A DNA stretch of 64,000 nt from a bacterium (GTDB lineage Bacteria; Fidelibacterota; Fidelibacteria; Fidelibacterales; Fidelibacteraceae): NCBI GenBank assembly GCA_963676395.1, contig OY781066.1, forward strand, positions 1,376,001 to 1,440,000, given 5' to 3'. The notes beneath the pieces are model-generated. The model worked only from the letters and a program-made list of their open reading frames with translations. It did not search any database and had not been told where the DNA came from. The first letter of the stretch is position 1. Every line of letters starts with the position of its first letter. This document shows positions 62,941 to 64,000 of this stretch, in pieces. The position numbers and the translations under genes are program-made.

Positions 62941-64000
62941 ATGAAAAAAACATACGCTGTAGTTCTAGTTGCATTGGCGGCACTACTTACATTAACAGGA
63001 TGTTTCAATCCTGTCGGCCCGATTGATCCCATTGTTGTTCCGGGTTATTCAATGGCCCTTTCGGGCAACATCACTGAAGATCTTCATATTACTATGGAAG
63101 ATACAGTGATTCTTGCCGGCCAAACGTTTGTTGATTCAGGCGTTACATTAACTATCGATGCCGGTGTTACAATTGACGCCCTTCCCGATGACGGTAAAGG
63201 TCTTGCACCTTGTCTGGTTATCAAAAAAGGTGCTACCATCATTGCTGATGGTACAGCAACGGCTCCTATCACTTTTACTTCATATCTTCCTGAAGACATG
63301 AAAGATCGCGGTTCATGGGGCGGTTTGATTATTCTTGGTAAAGCTCCTATCAACAAAGACGGTGGTTCTGCTTTCGTTGAAGGTATTGTTGGCGTTCCCT
63401 ACGGTGGAACAGATGCTGATGATAACTCAGGTATTCTTCGTTACGTTCGCGTTTGGTATGGTGGTCGTTCAATCGGTCAGGATAATGAGATCAATGGTAT
63501 TACATTGGCCGGTGTTGGTCGTGGTACTACAGTTGACCACTGTGAAGTTGCTTTCAACCTTGATGATGGTTTTGAAATGTTCGGTGGTACGGTAGATCTT
63601 AAATACTGTTCAGTCCTTTTTGTTGGTGATGATGCTTTTGATACGGATCTTGGCTACCAGGGTCGCGGTCAGTATCTTTTCGCTTTGATCGGTGAAGATG
63701 ATGGTAATCGTGGATTTGAAATGGATAACGATGGTTCATCAATGGATAAACAACCTCGTTCACTTCCTAAATTTTCAAACGTAACGCTGATTGGTTCAGG
63801 CGACACTTCAGCTGTTGCTAAAAATGATCAGGTTATCCGTCTTCGTGAAGGAAGCGGCGGTGATTTTCGCAACTTGATAATTGTAGACGGCAAAGAATAT
63901 GGCGTACGCGTAACGGACGATCCTACAAAGAATATCGTTGTTACTGCTGCTCCTGCTACAGGTACGGAAAACTACTTGTACTTCTCAGAGAACAACATCG
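62941..64000 (+). CDS. Beta-helix lipoprotein partnered with the TonB receptor; 3'-truncated, absent from the ORF track
   Basis: aaggag SD; MKKTYAVV..LTGC; PITFTS, WGGLIILGKAPIN, DDNSGILRYVRV, NEINGITLAGVGRGT, DDGFEMFGG. Confidence 0.88.
   Translation, partial: MKKTYAVVLVALAALLTLTGCFNPVGPIDPIVVPGYSMALSGNITEDLHITMEDTVILAGQTFVDSGVTLTIDAGVTIDALPDDGKGLAPCLVIKKGATIIADGTATAPITFTSYLPEDMKDRGSWGGLIILGKAPINKDGGSAFVEGIVGVPYGGTDADDNSGILRYVRVWYGGRSIGQDNEINGITLAGVGRGTTVDHCEVAFNLDDGFEMFGGTVDLKYCSVLFVGDDAFDTDLGYQGRGQYLFALIGEDDGNRGFEMDNDGSSMDKQPRSLPKFSNVTLIGSGDTSAVAKNDQVIRLREGSGGDFRNLIIVDGKEYGVRVTDDPTKNIVVTAAPATGTENYLYFSENNI

Noticed and set aside
1..64000. tRNA, rRNA or alternative genetic code
   Set aside because: No cloverleaf or rRNA-like sequence seen; genes end normally at TAA, TAG and TGA

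Overview
Bacterial chromosomal window, roughly 40% GC by eye and densely coding. Lineage is inferred to be FCB-group (Marinimicrobia/Ignavibacteria-like), from proteins with YPNPFNP secretion tails and the xerC-hpf-hprK and uppS-bamA-skp gene orders. Most content is housekeeping and peptide-scavenging genes: serS, lspA, rluD, xerC, hprK, trhP, uppS, bamA, skp, dxr, and M28/S9/M18 peptidases. A YtrA/GntR-led envelope operon joins a YtrB-type ABC, two DUF2807 proteins and a TolC-MFP-MacB system with three permeases. I saw no rRNA, tRNA, CRISPR array or intact transposase. Most notable observations: (1) a tandemly duplicated leader before and inside a TonB-dependent receptor gene, whose terminator hairpins show compensatory base changes, with one copy inside the signal-peptide coding sequence; (2) an AT-rich islet (about 11.05-13.7 kb) with a possibly circularly permuted mini GIY-YIG protein, a nonsense-interrupted ORF and a protein with a DUF6883-like C-terminus, a candidate defence/toxin locus; (3) a secreted protein with three tandem C1q/TNF-like repeats; (4) two families of REP-like palindromes and two further pseudogenes. 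All family calls come from motif recognition by eye; no database searches were run.
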